DNA of 63,825 bases, the filler included, from Octopus bimaculoides (taxonomy: Eukaryota): the NCBI RefSeq assembly GCF_001194135.2. It is 4 parts of 3 records of this genome, joined end to end, with 100 filler letters (N's around TTAATTAATTAA, not from the genome) between each part and the next. Parts side by side here need not be neighbours in the genome. Positions count along the whole stretch, not along the records: positions 13,418 to 39,489 come from NC_068987.1; 3 more parts are not named here. The stretch is one strand, 5' to 3'. Every line of letters begins with the position of its first letter. Within the stretch, counting starts at the first letter, position 1. The position numbers and the translations under genes are program-made. Positions 13,453 through 26,560 of the stretch are shown here, piece after piece. The notes below the pieces were generated by a model that ran no database searches, was not told where the DNA came from, and was given only the letters and a program-made list of their open reading frames with translations.

Positions 13453-13934
13453 AGAATCTCCTGTCAAACTCGATTGTATAGGCATCTGAACAAAGTGACC
13501 CTTTCCCTGACCGTCCGTATATTCCAGTGTAACTTAGGTTACATTACCATAGGAATTCTTCCTATTTAGAGACAGCAGTGTATGATTTGACGGAGGTTTA
13601 GCTGTTACATCAAGTAATTTAGGTGACACCAGAGAGCTCCCACTCCTGTTCAATACACACATTGTGTTGTCGAAGACTATAGATAACTCACAGTTGAAAG
13701 AAGTTATGAAAGCTTCTCTCTGCAGTTATGCCGCTCATATTTCCCTACAATGAGACGAACATCACAAGTTGATATATTTGTGAATGTTTAAAAGTAAATT
13801 CAACTTTCAAAAAATTGATTTTCGATCTTCTATTTATTTATCTATTCACTTGTGGGCGCTTACTTAAGCACATACACACACATGCACACACACACACACA
13901 CAAACACGCACATGCGTGTATATATTATACTTAC

Positions 13935-14078
13935 ATTCTTTCCAGCATTGGCATTCCACTGAATGCATGACAACCAAAGGATCTAATAAAATTGCCTTTT
14001 ACTTCTAGCTCAATAAGACGTGGGTTGTGTATGAAGCTGTGATCTGGTATGTAAATAATATTGTTTGATTTCAGTTGC
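13935..14078 (-). CDS. Double-LRR exon (144 bp, phase 2/2) of the same gene; QLKSNNIIYIPDHSFIHNPRLIELEVKGNFIRSFGCHAFSGMPMLER
   Basis: Lies inside ORF 13931..14134. ctatcttgcAG acceptor, GTAAGT donor, 2x72 nt. The NxIxxIPxxxFxxNPxL motif resembles LGR5 GFHSNNIRSIPEKAFVGNPSLITI (from memory). Confidence 0.9.
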
Positions 14079-15823
14079 CTGCAAGATAGAATGAAAAGTG
14101 CATCAGGATTAATACCAAATAAACATAATATCAACGTTAAGTTTTCCTTTTATTTAGAAATAAGCATTATTGTTACAGTGTCTAATGTTATGGTAACAAT
14201 ACCAAGGATAATAACTCGAAATAATTATTTTTCTGCCCTTTTGATTCTACGTTTTGGTTCGTAGTATTTGCAAGATATTTTCTGAAGACTGATATTAGCT
14301 AAAATAAAGGGTTCGATATAGTTTCAAGGAGAGATATCCGGAGGTTGCTGGCTTAATAAGAGCGATCAAAAAATAATACATAAAAATTGGTAAAAATGAC
14401 ATGGTAAAAGTTCATATCACTTTCATAATGAAGCACGCTTTTTTAGAGCTTGAATCAACGAAGAGGTATCTGTAAGTCACTTGACCTACCAGAAACAGAA
14501 GCAAAATTTTCCTAATTGAAAGAAAAAAATTAATGAAAACACATTGATCGATGCAGTTATTAATATAATGTACAAGAATGTGGGCTGATCATAGGGTGGA
14601 TACATTTGCTCGTAAATCTGCTCAGCGAAGAATGATCGGAGGAAAGTAACAACTTGATAGGTTATATGAATGATTTCATAGGTTTATATGTAGTACTTAT
14701 CTTCTAGAGGAACAGTTTTTTGTCAATAGTTTAGTAGTGAATCGACTTAGGAGATATAAAAGAAAAGTCCAACTCGGGAGAATTTGAATTTAATTTGAAA
14801 ATCCATGTAAAACGCTGTAGGTGACTATTTTTCTTTATATTATTATTTCATTTTATTTTATTCTCAGGAGAGTTGTTTGCACTAACACGGCTAGAAATGC
14901 TCCTAAGGGAACTAATTTATCGTTAACTCGGAGATGAAAGTTGCAGAAATAACAATAGCAACAGCAAATAACAAACAGGAACTAGTTTTCTCAGAGAACA
15001 CCAGTCAAATCTTCAGAGACGACGTCGAAAGAGATTGTTTCGGCCTGACTTCGAAGTACCTAGGTAAAAGAACGGAACCAAAAAGCTATCGCTCAGGAAC
15101 AAGATTTAAAGGATGAAAATATAAGCATTAACAACATATTTTTCACTAGCTTTACTAGCGGATAACATCTGTAGACGTTACTAAGCAGTCAAAGAAGGAA
15201 AGAAAATAACATGGCAACCTTTTTTCCCTAAAGACATTCCTTCCTTGTTTGAGCAATTCCTCGAAGTACAAGGAAGGATGATAGTGACCTGCGACTGATT
15301 TGAGAAGGAGGGAAGTTGGTTTTCAATTGTTCTCAAAAGAACAATTGGAGAAATCCTTAGGTGATGTGCGGATCTCTGAGGATTCCATCTACGAAAGTTG
15401 GGCATTTGGGAGTGTTCCTCTTCATAGACAATCAAAAGGAAGTGTTGGTGCACCATACAGCTTCACCGTTTATTCTGCAAGGCATGAATGTTGTGAGAAT
15501 GCAATGATATGTGTGTATGAATGTTTATGTTGTTTGCGTATACATGTTTATACAAAAATATACATGCTGTTCATGTATGTACTTTTTATACGTAACTCTT
15601 TTGGCTAGCTTTTCATTACCATACTGCATCATGTCGTTCTCGTTAACTCATTCTCAACTCGCTAGCCAAAATTATTATTTGTCTATCGTATCTGTCAAAG
15701 AAGTTGAATAAAACCTTATTTCCAATACGGCAATTCTGTTCTCCTTACAAACGCTTGTCAGTCTGAAATTGTCCGTTCTGTACTCTGGTATTTACATTTC
15801 AATTTATTCAACTTCTTTCAAAC

Positions 15824-16535
15824 ATGGATCGATTTCTACGTCCAGAACGATTTGACGCAGGTCCTAATTCAACAAACAATGAAATTACTGGCACAGGACC
15901 TTCATCAACTTTATTAATACTTTAGAACAGCATCAAACAGATAAACTGAATACACTTATCAACTATATTGCTTCATCAGTGTACGAATACGTAGCTGATT
16001 GCTTTTCATATGACGATGCAATACAAATATTACAGAATCTCTACGTGAAGCCCAGGAATGAAATTTTTGCAAGACGTCTACTGACTACGCATAAACAAGA
16101 ATGCAGTCAACGTCTCGATGAATTTTTACAAAGACTCAAATCATTAGCCAAGGATTGTAATTTTCAATCAGTTTCCGCTGAGAAGTATAGAGGCGATTCT
16201 AGCCGAGACGCTTTCATCACCGGATTGCAATCTAATGATATTCGACAAAGGCTTCTCGAATAGAAAATACCTGATCTTCAAACGGCTTATAATGAAGCCA
16301 GATCATTTGAAATGGCCTGTACCTACTCAAAATCTTACCATTTATCACCTCAATCAGCCTACAATTGTGCAGCAACGGATAATCTAACCACGGATGTGGG
16401 CGAAAGTATGGTAGCCGCCACGAACAGTAACAGTAAATGCTATTTTTGCGGGAATAACCGTCATCCTCGCTACAAGTGTCCTGTTAAGGAGGCCACATGT
16501 AAAAACTGTAACAAGAAGGGTCATTTTGCAGTTTT
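15824..16535 (+). pseudogene. Ty3/Gypsy-type LTR retrotransposon gag relic with zinc-knuckle region; no pol
   Basis: MDRFLRPERFD start, a frameshift, then WHRTFINF..KDCNF..DAFITGLQSNDIRQRLLE, a stop at 16261, and CYFCGNNRH..CKNCNKKGHFA. Confidence 0.88.
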
Positions 16536-17653
16536 CTCAGGAGCTACGAAAATACTATCAAATTCAGTGTTACACGCTAACTGAATACTATTTAATAAAT
16601 TGTGAACATATATGATACATGGTTACATTTGGCGAGTAAAAGAATAAACAAAGTGTTTCTTGGGTATTGATATAGCACATGGGGTAAAGTCAGGATTAGA
16701 ATTATTAACACTTAAGTTGGTTATCTTACACGTTCATATGGTCTACTGGCGCTGACACGACGGGAGTAGAAACTGGATTTTCATCTCTTTCAGATCACGA
16801 TTATTTATAATAAATGATTCTTTTTAGTTTTGGCTCAAAGTCAACAGTTTTAGGGAGTGGGTCAATCGATCTCATTGATCATAGTACTTTACTACTGCTT
16901 TTTTAATCAACCTCGAAAGGAAGAAGTAACATATTTTATTTTTTGACTGGCATACTGAATTTGATAGTATTTTCGTAGCTCCTGAGAAAACTGCAAAATG
17001 CCACATAAGTACCTAATGTAGCTGTAAACTGAAAGCACTTCGTTTCAATAATATAATGGATTGAGTCAGAGACTACAAGCCCGTCCCTTGGTTAAAAATT
17101 TTCTATAGAATAAATCGATTTTGCCTCAATATGTCCTACCTGTCATACAATTTTTTCACTCGTTTCGTTCCCAAGCTGTCAGATTTTAAGAATATTTTGT
17201 TTTCATCTGCAAATCATTTTCTTCCAAAATGTTGTATTTGAAAATTCCGAATTTATTTCTCGTGGGATTACAATACGTCAATCTATTTATCTAATTTATG
17301 AATGACAGCCAAGCATCTCGTTATTTTGTAAACTATATTTGAAGTAATATATTTTCAATAGAATAAGAATGAATTAAAGAATTTCATTGTTGAATAATTA
17401 ATGGAATATTAAATGTTTTTTTTAGATTTCCAGATCTCATGGAAAGAGAATAGTTCTTTCTGAGAGAGAAACAATTTACTTTGTTCAATTATTAACACAA
17501 GTGATAATGTTCATTTTTTCATACATGTATGAATTAAAGTTTTATAAAGAAGCAGTATCTAAAGACTGGGTGACAGTAAATACTAATGGCTTATATGTAT
17601 GAAAAGTTAGATGGACGAATAGTTGAAAAGCAATGCGTATGTCACTCTGTCCT

Positions 17654-17730
<77 letters not shown>

Positions 17731-18290
17731 ATTTGTTGATATGCACTGCATAGATAGTAATATATGATTGTTCTCGTGGTTATTATGTGAAATATCCACT
17801 CGTCGATGGGTGTCCTCACTTGAGAAGTTTCAAGTGTAATGGATCGTTTCACACAAGTCACCACACATATCCTATAATACAACACAGTACAAATCCAGCC
17901 ACAAAACGGACCAAAACTTCGGTTCCATCCGAAAATATTCAATGGAGTGCTTCTTCGTGGCTTACGAGTGTCAAGCCTGTCATTATAAGTTAATATGTAA
18001 CAAGGAAATTTTACGGTCATGGTATTCTGCTATCTGTTTGAAGTTTTGGACCATTCAAGATTACGACAATGACATTTGTCATGGCCACAATACAGATCTT
18101 ACGAAAGACAGATCTTTTGGTTGATTATTCGTGAAGTTTCATTATAATCACCTGTATAATCACGTGTATTATTCAGTATAGTCATACACATAATTTAATT
18201 AAAACAGAGATCATCGTTATTTTTTTTGTGTGCTCATATAGGTGCAGGCGTGGCTTCACAATTATATGCTTTCTGGTTCAGTCCTACTGC

Positions 18291-19421
18291 GAGGGTTGGA
18301 CAAAATAATGGAAACATCTAGCATCATAATTTTAGAATATCTATAAAACCGTCAAAAGCTTGTTTATTTTTATGTTTTTGTTTATATTTATTATTAGTGT
18401 TGCTTAACATGTTTTGCTAAAATTGCTGTTTCTTTTCAGATATCATCAGAAAAGGATAATTAAAATTCATTAAAATGTAAGGTGTATCAAGAAGTACTGT
18501 CTCGAAAGTAATAGCAGCCTTTGAGAAAGAGGGAAAAACCTCCTCGTCGAAACAAAACTCTGGATGAAGACCAAAGCTTTCTGATAAGGACTGTCGGACT
18601 TTTACGTGAATTGCTAGAAAGGATAACGAAAGTACAGCTCCCAAAATTACTGCAAAGCTTAATGACCAACTTGAGAACCCAGTTTCCACAAAACCTGTTC
18701 ACCGGGAGCTGCACAAAGCCAAGCCGGGTTTCACAGGAGGGCTGCAATTGGAAAACCACTACTTTCAAAAACAAACGTTGCAAAGCGTTTAGAGTGGAGT
18801 AAAAACCTACAGAATTGGTCCCTAGAGCAGTGGAAGAATGTTATTTTCTCGGACGAGTCATCCTTTATCTTATTTCCGACCACGTGTGGAGACAGTCAAA
18901 AGAAGCATTTGACCCAGACTGCCTTGTTCCAACTGTTGAACATGGAAGAGGATCTATGATGATTTTGTTTTTGGAGGGGGCTATATCTTGGAAATCCGCC
19001 GACCCAAATGACATTTTATCTGATCAAGTTCATCCTAGGAGGGCAACACAATCTTTCAGGATGATAATGCACCAATTCACACAGCTAAAGTTGTTACTGA
19101 ATGGCACGAAGAACATTGGAGTGAAGTTGAACATCTTATGTGGCCATCACAGTCCCCAGATCTCAATATTATTGAACATTTATGGTGCATTAAAAAACAA
19201 AAAACGAAAACAAGGAGTCAATATCCTCCACCATCATCACTATAAGAACTGAAGACTGCTTTAACTGAAGAATGAACAAAACTTGCTTTCGAAACAAAAC
19301 TTCGTACAAGTCCATACCTCGTAGAATTCAAACTGTAATTACTGCCAAAGCGATCCTACACCATGTTAAAATTAATTTGTTTGAAATTTTAAGGTGTTGC
19401 CATTATTTTGTCTAACCCCTG
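18291..19421 (+). mobile_element. Tc1-family (DD34E) DNA transposon with a decayed transposase and TIRs
   Basis: TIRs gagggttggacaaaataatggaaacatct / aggtgttgccattattttgtctaacccctg followed by TA. Motifs FSDESSF, FQDDNAPIH and WPSQSPDLNIIEHLW are split across frames. Confidence 0.93.
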
Positions 19422-20276
19422 TATATGTGTGTATATATATATATGTATATNNNNNNNNNNNNNNNNNNNNNNNNNNNNNNNNNNNNNNNNNNNNNNNNNN
19501 NNNNNNNNNNNNNNNNNNNNNNNNNNNNNNNNNNNNNNNNNNNNNNNNNNNNNNNNNNNNNNNNNNNNNNNNNNNNNNNNNNNNNNNNNNNNNNNNNNNN
19601 NNNNNNNNNNNNNNNNNNNNNNNNNNNNNNNNNNNNNNNNNNNNNNNNNNNNNNNNNNNNNNNNNNNNNNNNNNNNNNNNNNNNNCAAAAGCCCGGTAAC
19701 GCAATCCTGAATACTAACTATGTCTGACCAAAAATATCAAGTGTTTGCAGCTAGATCACCTTTGCACATAGATATGCTCGCTCAAAGCTGGCCCCAAAAA
19801 CAAAATAATTATATCGCGTGTCCAATTGTTTATAATTTCAAACAGAATATTTTAGTGTTGAAACTAATCGACACATCTTCTTATCTGATCAACAAGTAAA
19901 CTGAAGAGGTAACTCTGAGGAGTTTTGGGCTGAGCTTTTGATTACATCTGTAGCTACGAACAGAATGAGTAGAAAATGTTGGCTTTGTTAGTGTAACATT
20001 TATAAGTAAATACACGTAATAAAATGTGGATGCTGCTATTTCTGCATAACAACAATGTTATTAGTTTTAGGATAATTTTGTTTATTAAAAGAACACTGAT
20101 ACTAGAGCTTATTGTAGTTTATTTGCATAAGCAGCTTTATATGTGATATTTGTGGTGGCTTATACTTGTTTTGTAAATGTTATGTTTGTTCTCTGTAGGC
20201 GTGAGAAATATGTTGGTTTTCTGTTAGGCTGAAAGCCTTGATCACAAGTTTATTCATTACAAATATATATACTTAC

Positions 20277-20345
20277 AATTTTTCCAAATTCGGTAACAAT
20301 TCAATAGCATTCGGTATTTCAGACAGCCTATTTTCATTCAGTTGT
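20277..20345 (-). CDS. LRR exon (69 bp, phase 2/2) of the same gene; QLNENRLSEIPNAIELLPNLEKL
   Basis: ttcgacAG acceptor, GTAAGT donor, 69 nt. This 23-aa LRR resembles the short repeat of LGR5 (DLNYNNLDEFPTAIRTLSNLKEL, recalled from memory). Splices in frame to both neighbouring exons. Confidence 0.88.
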
Positions 20346-20657
20346 CTGTCGAATAATAAGACAAGTCACAAGTTGAATAAAAAATATTTTGTTTGAAAGT
20401 GAAAATGTTTCCTATCTTACAGAAAAAAAATAAACACAACAAAAAACTAAGTATAGAGTTAAAAAATGAAATGAAAAAGAAGGAAACTTTGCTTCTCCTG
20501 ACAACGCAAAAAAGTAAATTGATAGCTTACTTTTACATTGTGACTATTAGAACAATAGTCAATGGTAATATTTGTTCGAATTGTAATGACAATTGCACAA
20601 GCACTACTTTATTGCAGCACGTGCTGACATTTACTATTAAGGATTCTGTTTCTCAAT

Positions 20658-20741
<84 letters not shown>

Positions 20742-22782
20742 GCACACACAGACNNNNNNNNNNNNNNNNNNNNNNNNNNNNNNNNNNNNNNNNNNNNNNN
20801 NNNNNNNNNNNNNNNNNNNNNNNNNNNNNNNNNNNNNNNNNNNNNNNNNNNNNNNNNNNNNNNNNNNNNNNNNNNNNNNNNNNNNNNNNNNNNNNNNNNN
20901 NNNNNNNNNNNNNNNNNNNATATATATATATATATATATATATATACAAATATCCTTTTTTTTAAAGTGGAAACAATGAAAACAAAACAGAGAGTAGGAT
21001 CGAATATCATAAAATACATGACTGAATATTTTATTTCAGCGTAATGAAATTTGATATATAAAATATTTTTACATGAGAAAGAACTATAGCTACTGAATAG
21101 TTTTCAATGGAACAACATCGATTTGTGTTTTGTCAAAGGTGAGCTTTCAGTTCCTCAATGTATAAGTTATCAGAATGTTCTGAAAACTTCATTGGTTTGT
21201 AAAACTTCTATTCATGTAACATTCTTTTATTTCTTTGTTTCTAAAATAAATACGCATTTTAATTTTAAATATAAAATATTGCATCGAGAAAAGAAAAATA
21301 TCTTTTCAGCTGAAATGTCTTTTATATTATAATGAAAAAAAAATTATTACTTTACATTGATATATCGATCATATTTCTCTAAATAACGAATAACAGTGGT
21401 GCTGCTGTTATTCGGTTTATAATACATTATACAGCTGCTGTGAGTATACGGACAAATACGAATTATAGTTGCGTACACATTATCTTAATTTTATTACAAG
21501 GCAAAATAGCTGGAGAAATCAGCGTCTTACTACATAGCTGTGTCGTTAAGATGCATAGATGGACGGTCAAGAAGTTCACTTCATAACAATGTTGTTGCAG
21601 ATTGGTTCTAGTGGCTCATAAACTGAGCAAATATCTTTGCAACAATCTCGGATTGATCATAATTTGAGATTGAAATTTTGTAGCCAGAAATTGTACAGAA
21701 ACTAATCATTTATATGCACACGTGTTTGTATGTCCGTCCATGCTATCCTGTGTTTATGTTACACCGATCTAAAACTAGTGTTACTTATCTTGTTTGTGCC
21801 TGTTTCTGCCTCTATGACTTAGCAGTTCGAAAGGTAAGATTTGATAAAATAACTACTCTGATCAACAGGATCAGCTGAACCCTTTCGAACTGTGTTCCAG
21901 CATGACGACAGTCCAATGACTGGAACCAGTAAAAGAGAAAAGAAGCAAATATCGCTCAGTAAATTTCAGTAATAACCCCCTCATTACTAAAGATCAAAAC
22001 ATGTTGAGTGAAATTTCTAAGAATTTCAGAAGACGTTAAAAAATGTTTTTAGCGATGTGATAAAGCAACATGTTTTATTAAGGGATAAAAAGAAATGTTT
22101 TTCAATGAAATTTAGTTTCGTATGAAGAGTAACTTTGTCCTTCATTATTCAGTGGGCAGAAAAATAAGTGCCAGTCGCTTAGTGATTCTTACTGCAACCT
22201 AAATCCTGTACGCAACTTTAATCTTACTACAGCATCCAGCAGTGTTAACATATGTAATGCTAATTCTAAATACTACAAATATTTGATGACGATTTTTATA
22301 ATAACTGCAAACAAGAATATATATACTTAGAGATGGCCAACTATAAACAAAAGCAAGAGGGAAAAGCGTGACTTGATCAAATACATATCCTTCTTTTCAT
22401 TCATTATCTTCATTGTATTTTCAGTCACGTGTGAATAATGCAATACATAACGGATACTGAAGATAGCACAATAGAAGCATCTTTTCTTTTGTTAAATTCG
22501 ACAGTGGGGACGAAGTACTTGTCAACCACACTGTCTCAGATTGTGAGCTAAACACGTTACATTATGCTTTCTGGAATTACTGTCTGGAATTTCACGAAAT
22601 ATAAACCTACATAATTTCAAACCGAACACCTGTAGTGCCAACCGATTCTTGGTCGCAGAAACCGACGGAGGACGGTTATTATATATATGTATATATAAAA
22701 ATTATAATACAGAGTAAAAATCATTGATGATTTTACCAGGTGATCAGCGCAGAAATAAAAACATCATAGGTAAATTTTACAA

Positions 22783-23327
22783 AATATTTTATAATTATAT
22801 ACATAATTATAACAAGGGATTGGCTATACACCCCATCACGCACTGTAAAAATAGACGCCAGAAGACACTATTACCACCTTAAAATCTCCGAGAATAATAC
22901 ACTAAGTTGTAGGCAAGCAAAAGAAAGATAATGAATCAAACTTATAGTTAACCGTGTACAAGATCTTGTTTCATGCTTGGATATAAAAGGAAAATGTGAA
23001 TTCTACTTTGCAGTATATTTCTATGAGTATGGATGGATATTGGTTATGCGACGTCGCGGCTCGCATGCATATTTTGAGATACTCGCAAATTTATGCTATG
23101 GAATATCGCTGCTGATGTAATATTTCTTACTTTAAGTTTGAAACAGGGTCTTGTACACGGTTAACCATAAGTTCGATTCATTATCTCATTTTTTACTTGC
23201 CTACAACTTAGTGTGTTATTCTCGGAGATTTTAGGGTGGTAGTAGTGTCTTCTGGCGCCTATTTTTACAGTGCGTGGTGAGGCGTATAGCCAATCCCTTA
23301 TTATAATTAGGTATATAATTATAAAAT

Positions 23328-23330
<3 letters not shown>
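22783..23330. repeat. Long inverted repeat (foldback): arms 22783-22973 and 23139-23330, 165-bp spacer
   Basis: Arms aligned by eye, roughly 90% identical as reverse complements. Confidence 0.93.
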
Positions 23331-23370
<40 letters not shown>

Positions 23371-23787
23371 CACAAACGGCATGTTTTAAAGAATCTTACG
23401 ATAACTGAAATAAATTTATAAACTTAATTAACAGTTTTTACGTCATACAATTTGACAAGCTCCATGTATATTGGATCACTCATCAGAGTATGTATCCCCT
23501 TATTCTTCTGTTCAGGAAGAGATATGACAGCAATCACCGTGTAAGTCAAACGTAAACCAGAACCATGTTGAAATCATTAAACTACTTTTTTCAGTCGTAC
23601 ACTTACCAACATCAGGATTAAATAACATGCATAATACATATACATACAAATAAATACACATTATACTTATGAGTACGCATATACTTAAGAAAACAGTGGT
23701 TTGAAAACAAGTGCATTAGTGGCTTAACAACAAGTATAAAGAAAAATAATTGCAAATAAGATAATATCAAAGATTCATAATACTTAC

Positions 23788-23859
23788 AAATAATCTAAGT
23801 CCTTCAAATTTGCGAATGACATGTATTCTATCGAACTTATTTTATTGGCATGAAGAAAT
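23788..23859 (-). CDS. LRR exon (72 bp, phase 2/2) of a probable type B LGR receptor; FLHANKISSIEYMSFANLKDLDYL
   Basis: Read by eye on the minus strand: ttttccAG acceptor, GTAAGT donor, exactly 72 nt, open frame, matches xLxxNxIxxIxxxxFxxLxxLxxL. Not in the ORF track. Confidence 0.88.
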
Positions 23860-24259
23860 CTGGAAAATATAGAAAGTAAATAACAAGTTAAATGTAAAAT
23901 TTTAATCTTTAGCTGAAATTATACAGATTTTGTAAGATTTTGTTAATATTCTTTTGATAAACATTCTCTATTTGAATAGATATTTGAAGCCGACTGCTTT
24001 AATACTTTTCAGATCGGAGATTTCTTGATTTGAAATCTGGTATCTGATCTGCAATAGATTAGAATCAAATATTTCTCATTAGATCATGTGAAATTGATGT
24101 GACATCGTTTTCACAAACACTACTCAGCGTTATTAAAACAATCAACTATTTCTGTTCAAAAACTGAAATCATGAACTATGTTATGAGATTTATTGCTTGT
24201 ATTTACAGCATTGTGTGTGTGCAAATTAATAAAGAAAGTTTAGAGAAATTTAGCCTGTA

Positions 24260-24420
24260 ATATTTGGTAGAATGTTCCACAGGGTTCGACTTAGCGTTTC
24301 ATCTTTTCGGGGTCGATAAAATAAGTATCTGTTCAATACTGGAGTCAATGTAATTGACTTATCCCCTTCTCCGAAATTGCTGACCTTGTGCCAAAATTTG
24401 AAATGAATATTTGATAGAAT
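24260..24420 (+). mobile_element. Family A SINE, 3' portion
   Basis: tttcatcttttcggggtcgataaaataagta..ccttgtgccaaaatttgaaa. Confidence 0.75.
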
Positions 24421-24829
24421 GTTAGGTAAAGAGCATTATGGTATTTAGTTACTTCTCATTACGTTCAGGGTTCAAATACATCCACATCCAAACTTGCCTT
24501 ACACCTTTCTAGGAGCAATAAAATAAGGTACCGGACAATAGCTAAAACTTTCGCGTATTGTAGACATAAAGACGAATAGCGATAACTTTGTCACAAGGCC
24601 AGATATTTTTATGTTGGGTTGAGTTGGCAGTTGATTATATTAATTCTAGAACATACCCGGAATTTTTATTTCATTACCCCAGAAATACGATAGGTCAACT
24701 GCACCAGAAAGGCATTCAGATTCAGACCGTCAAGGTATTGAATCTGAAGCCTTTACGAGTCTGTCATCGACTACGCTTTTTTCAGTTTTTAAACACAAGT
24801 GGAAAAGCGGAACCGTAACGTTTTTGTAA

Positions 24830-26560
24830 GACACTCAAGGCTTATTACATATAATGTGTGAGGGGAGAAATGTCTGTAAGATACAACGACACCGTGTGAA
24901 CACAACAATGATGGAGAGTGAGAAAAGCCTGAAACAATCCGATGTGAAAGAGAGAGCAGATAAAGAGGCCCGGGTTATAATGAGTATAAAGTTAAACCCT
25001 AAAACGTTCTTTAACTTCGCCAAGTAAACGGCCACATTACCCAACAAGGGATCTTCATATAAAAGGATGGCTCCCTCACAAGAAACCCAAGGAGGACAAG
25101 TAGAATATTGAATGAACAGTTCAAAAGTGATTTCCGTTAGGACACAGACAATTGAAAAAAGCAGAGAGGTTCTTTGCCTCTACACCTGTAACCAGGAAGG
25201 CAGTAATAATTGATTACGTAGATATCAATTATGTGATACCTACCATGGATGAAATAGACGTAAACTCAGCTGCTGGTCCTGATGGATTCCTAGCAATCCT
25301 TCTCAAATCATTCAAAGAGTCCTTGTAAAACCACTGTAGCTTCTTTTTACATTGCAAGAGGTAAGCTCCCAGGCAAATTATATGAGGGAATAATATGCCC
25401 TATCCATAAAAGGAAAAGCAGAGCAGATGCTAAAAATCCTAGGCCTAACTCTCTGACCTCACACATCATCAAAGTCAGGGAACGAATAGTCCGAAGGAAA
25501 CTAATTCGTTGCGATATATCTCGACTTCGGAAGAGTCTTTGTTAAAGTCAACATTGCATAACATCTAACAAGCTACGTGTTCTGGACATAGTCCGAAAAC
25601 TTGGAGTTATTTTTCATGATAGAAGTCAGGCAGTGGTGACCAATGGAGTCACCTCGAATGAAACTCAGATAGTTAGTAATGTACAGACGATACATATGTC
25701 TATAAGAGTATACAGAACCTTGAAGAAGTCTCACACTTAGAGCAAGAGTTGGATGCAACATACAGGCCGGTTGAGGACAATAATATGCAGTTTAATGCTG
25801 GAAAATTCCAAGCCCTGAAATGCAGAAAAGCTACACTGACCCAGGAAGTATTGCAATCGCTAAATCAAAATCAATGCGTGACCTGGGCATTGACATGATT
25901 AATGATGCATCTTTCCACGTGCATATTACTAAATTGGGAATAAATGAGAGAACAGGAAACCACAATGGTCCTCTAGAGGACAATTGTCTTCAGCTGCTTA
26001 GACTACTGCTCCTAATTATGGTCACCACACAGTGCAAAATTAACGGAGAAACTTGAAGCATCCAAGTGAAGCTATACAAAGATTGTCTCAGTGCGACAGG
26101 TCAGCAACTGGAAAAAGCTGAAGAAGTTAAGACTCTACTCCTTAGAGTGAAGACCGGAAAGATACGCAGTGATACGCATATGGAAAATCTTGGAAGCATT
26201 TGAATCAAGCTTTGGCTCTGAAAGTTATCAGAACGGGGCGCCACTTCTTAGTGTCAAAGATACCAAAATTGCCATCATGATACATCATCAGCTTGTGTTT
26301 CAAGATTCGACAGCTCTTCAATATCTTCCCAAAAAGCCGGAGAAGTCATCATGGAGTGGATGTAGTTGTCTTCAAATCAAACCTGGATCTCCTCCTGTCA
26401 AGAGTTCTGGATTAACCTAACTTGTGGCAGGAAACGTAAATGAAGGTAGCAACATCAAACTCCCTCATTCACCAAATGCCACATATCATAAGAGGTTTTC
26501 AAGTAAGTGCAGCCAAATTAACGACGATGCCCTGGCATGATCGCAACTCTCAAACTGAAA
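24830..26560 (+). mobile_element. Decayed CR1/L2-group LINE, ORF2 remnant with internal deletions
   Basis: Fragments translate to KLNPKTFFNFAK, ILNEQFKS, AAGPDGF and RPNSLTSHIIKV (typical pre-RT/RT motifs). Many stops. Ends are approximate. Confidence 0.8.

Noticed and set aside
14990-15060. Hammerhead-like GAAAC...GTC..CTGAAGA on the minus strand
   Set aside because: Stem I has only 4 nt and cannot form, and stem II is offset.
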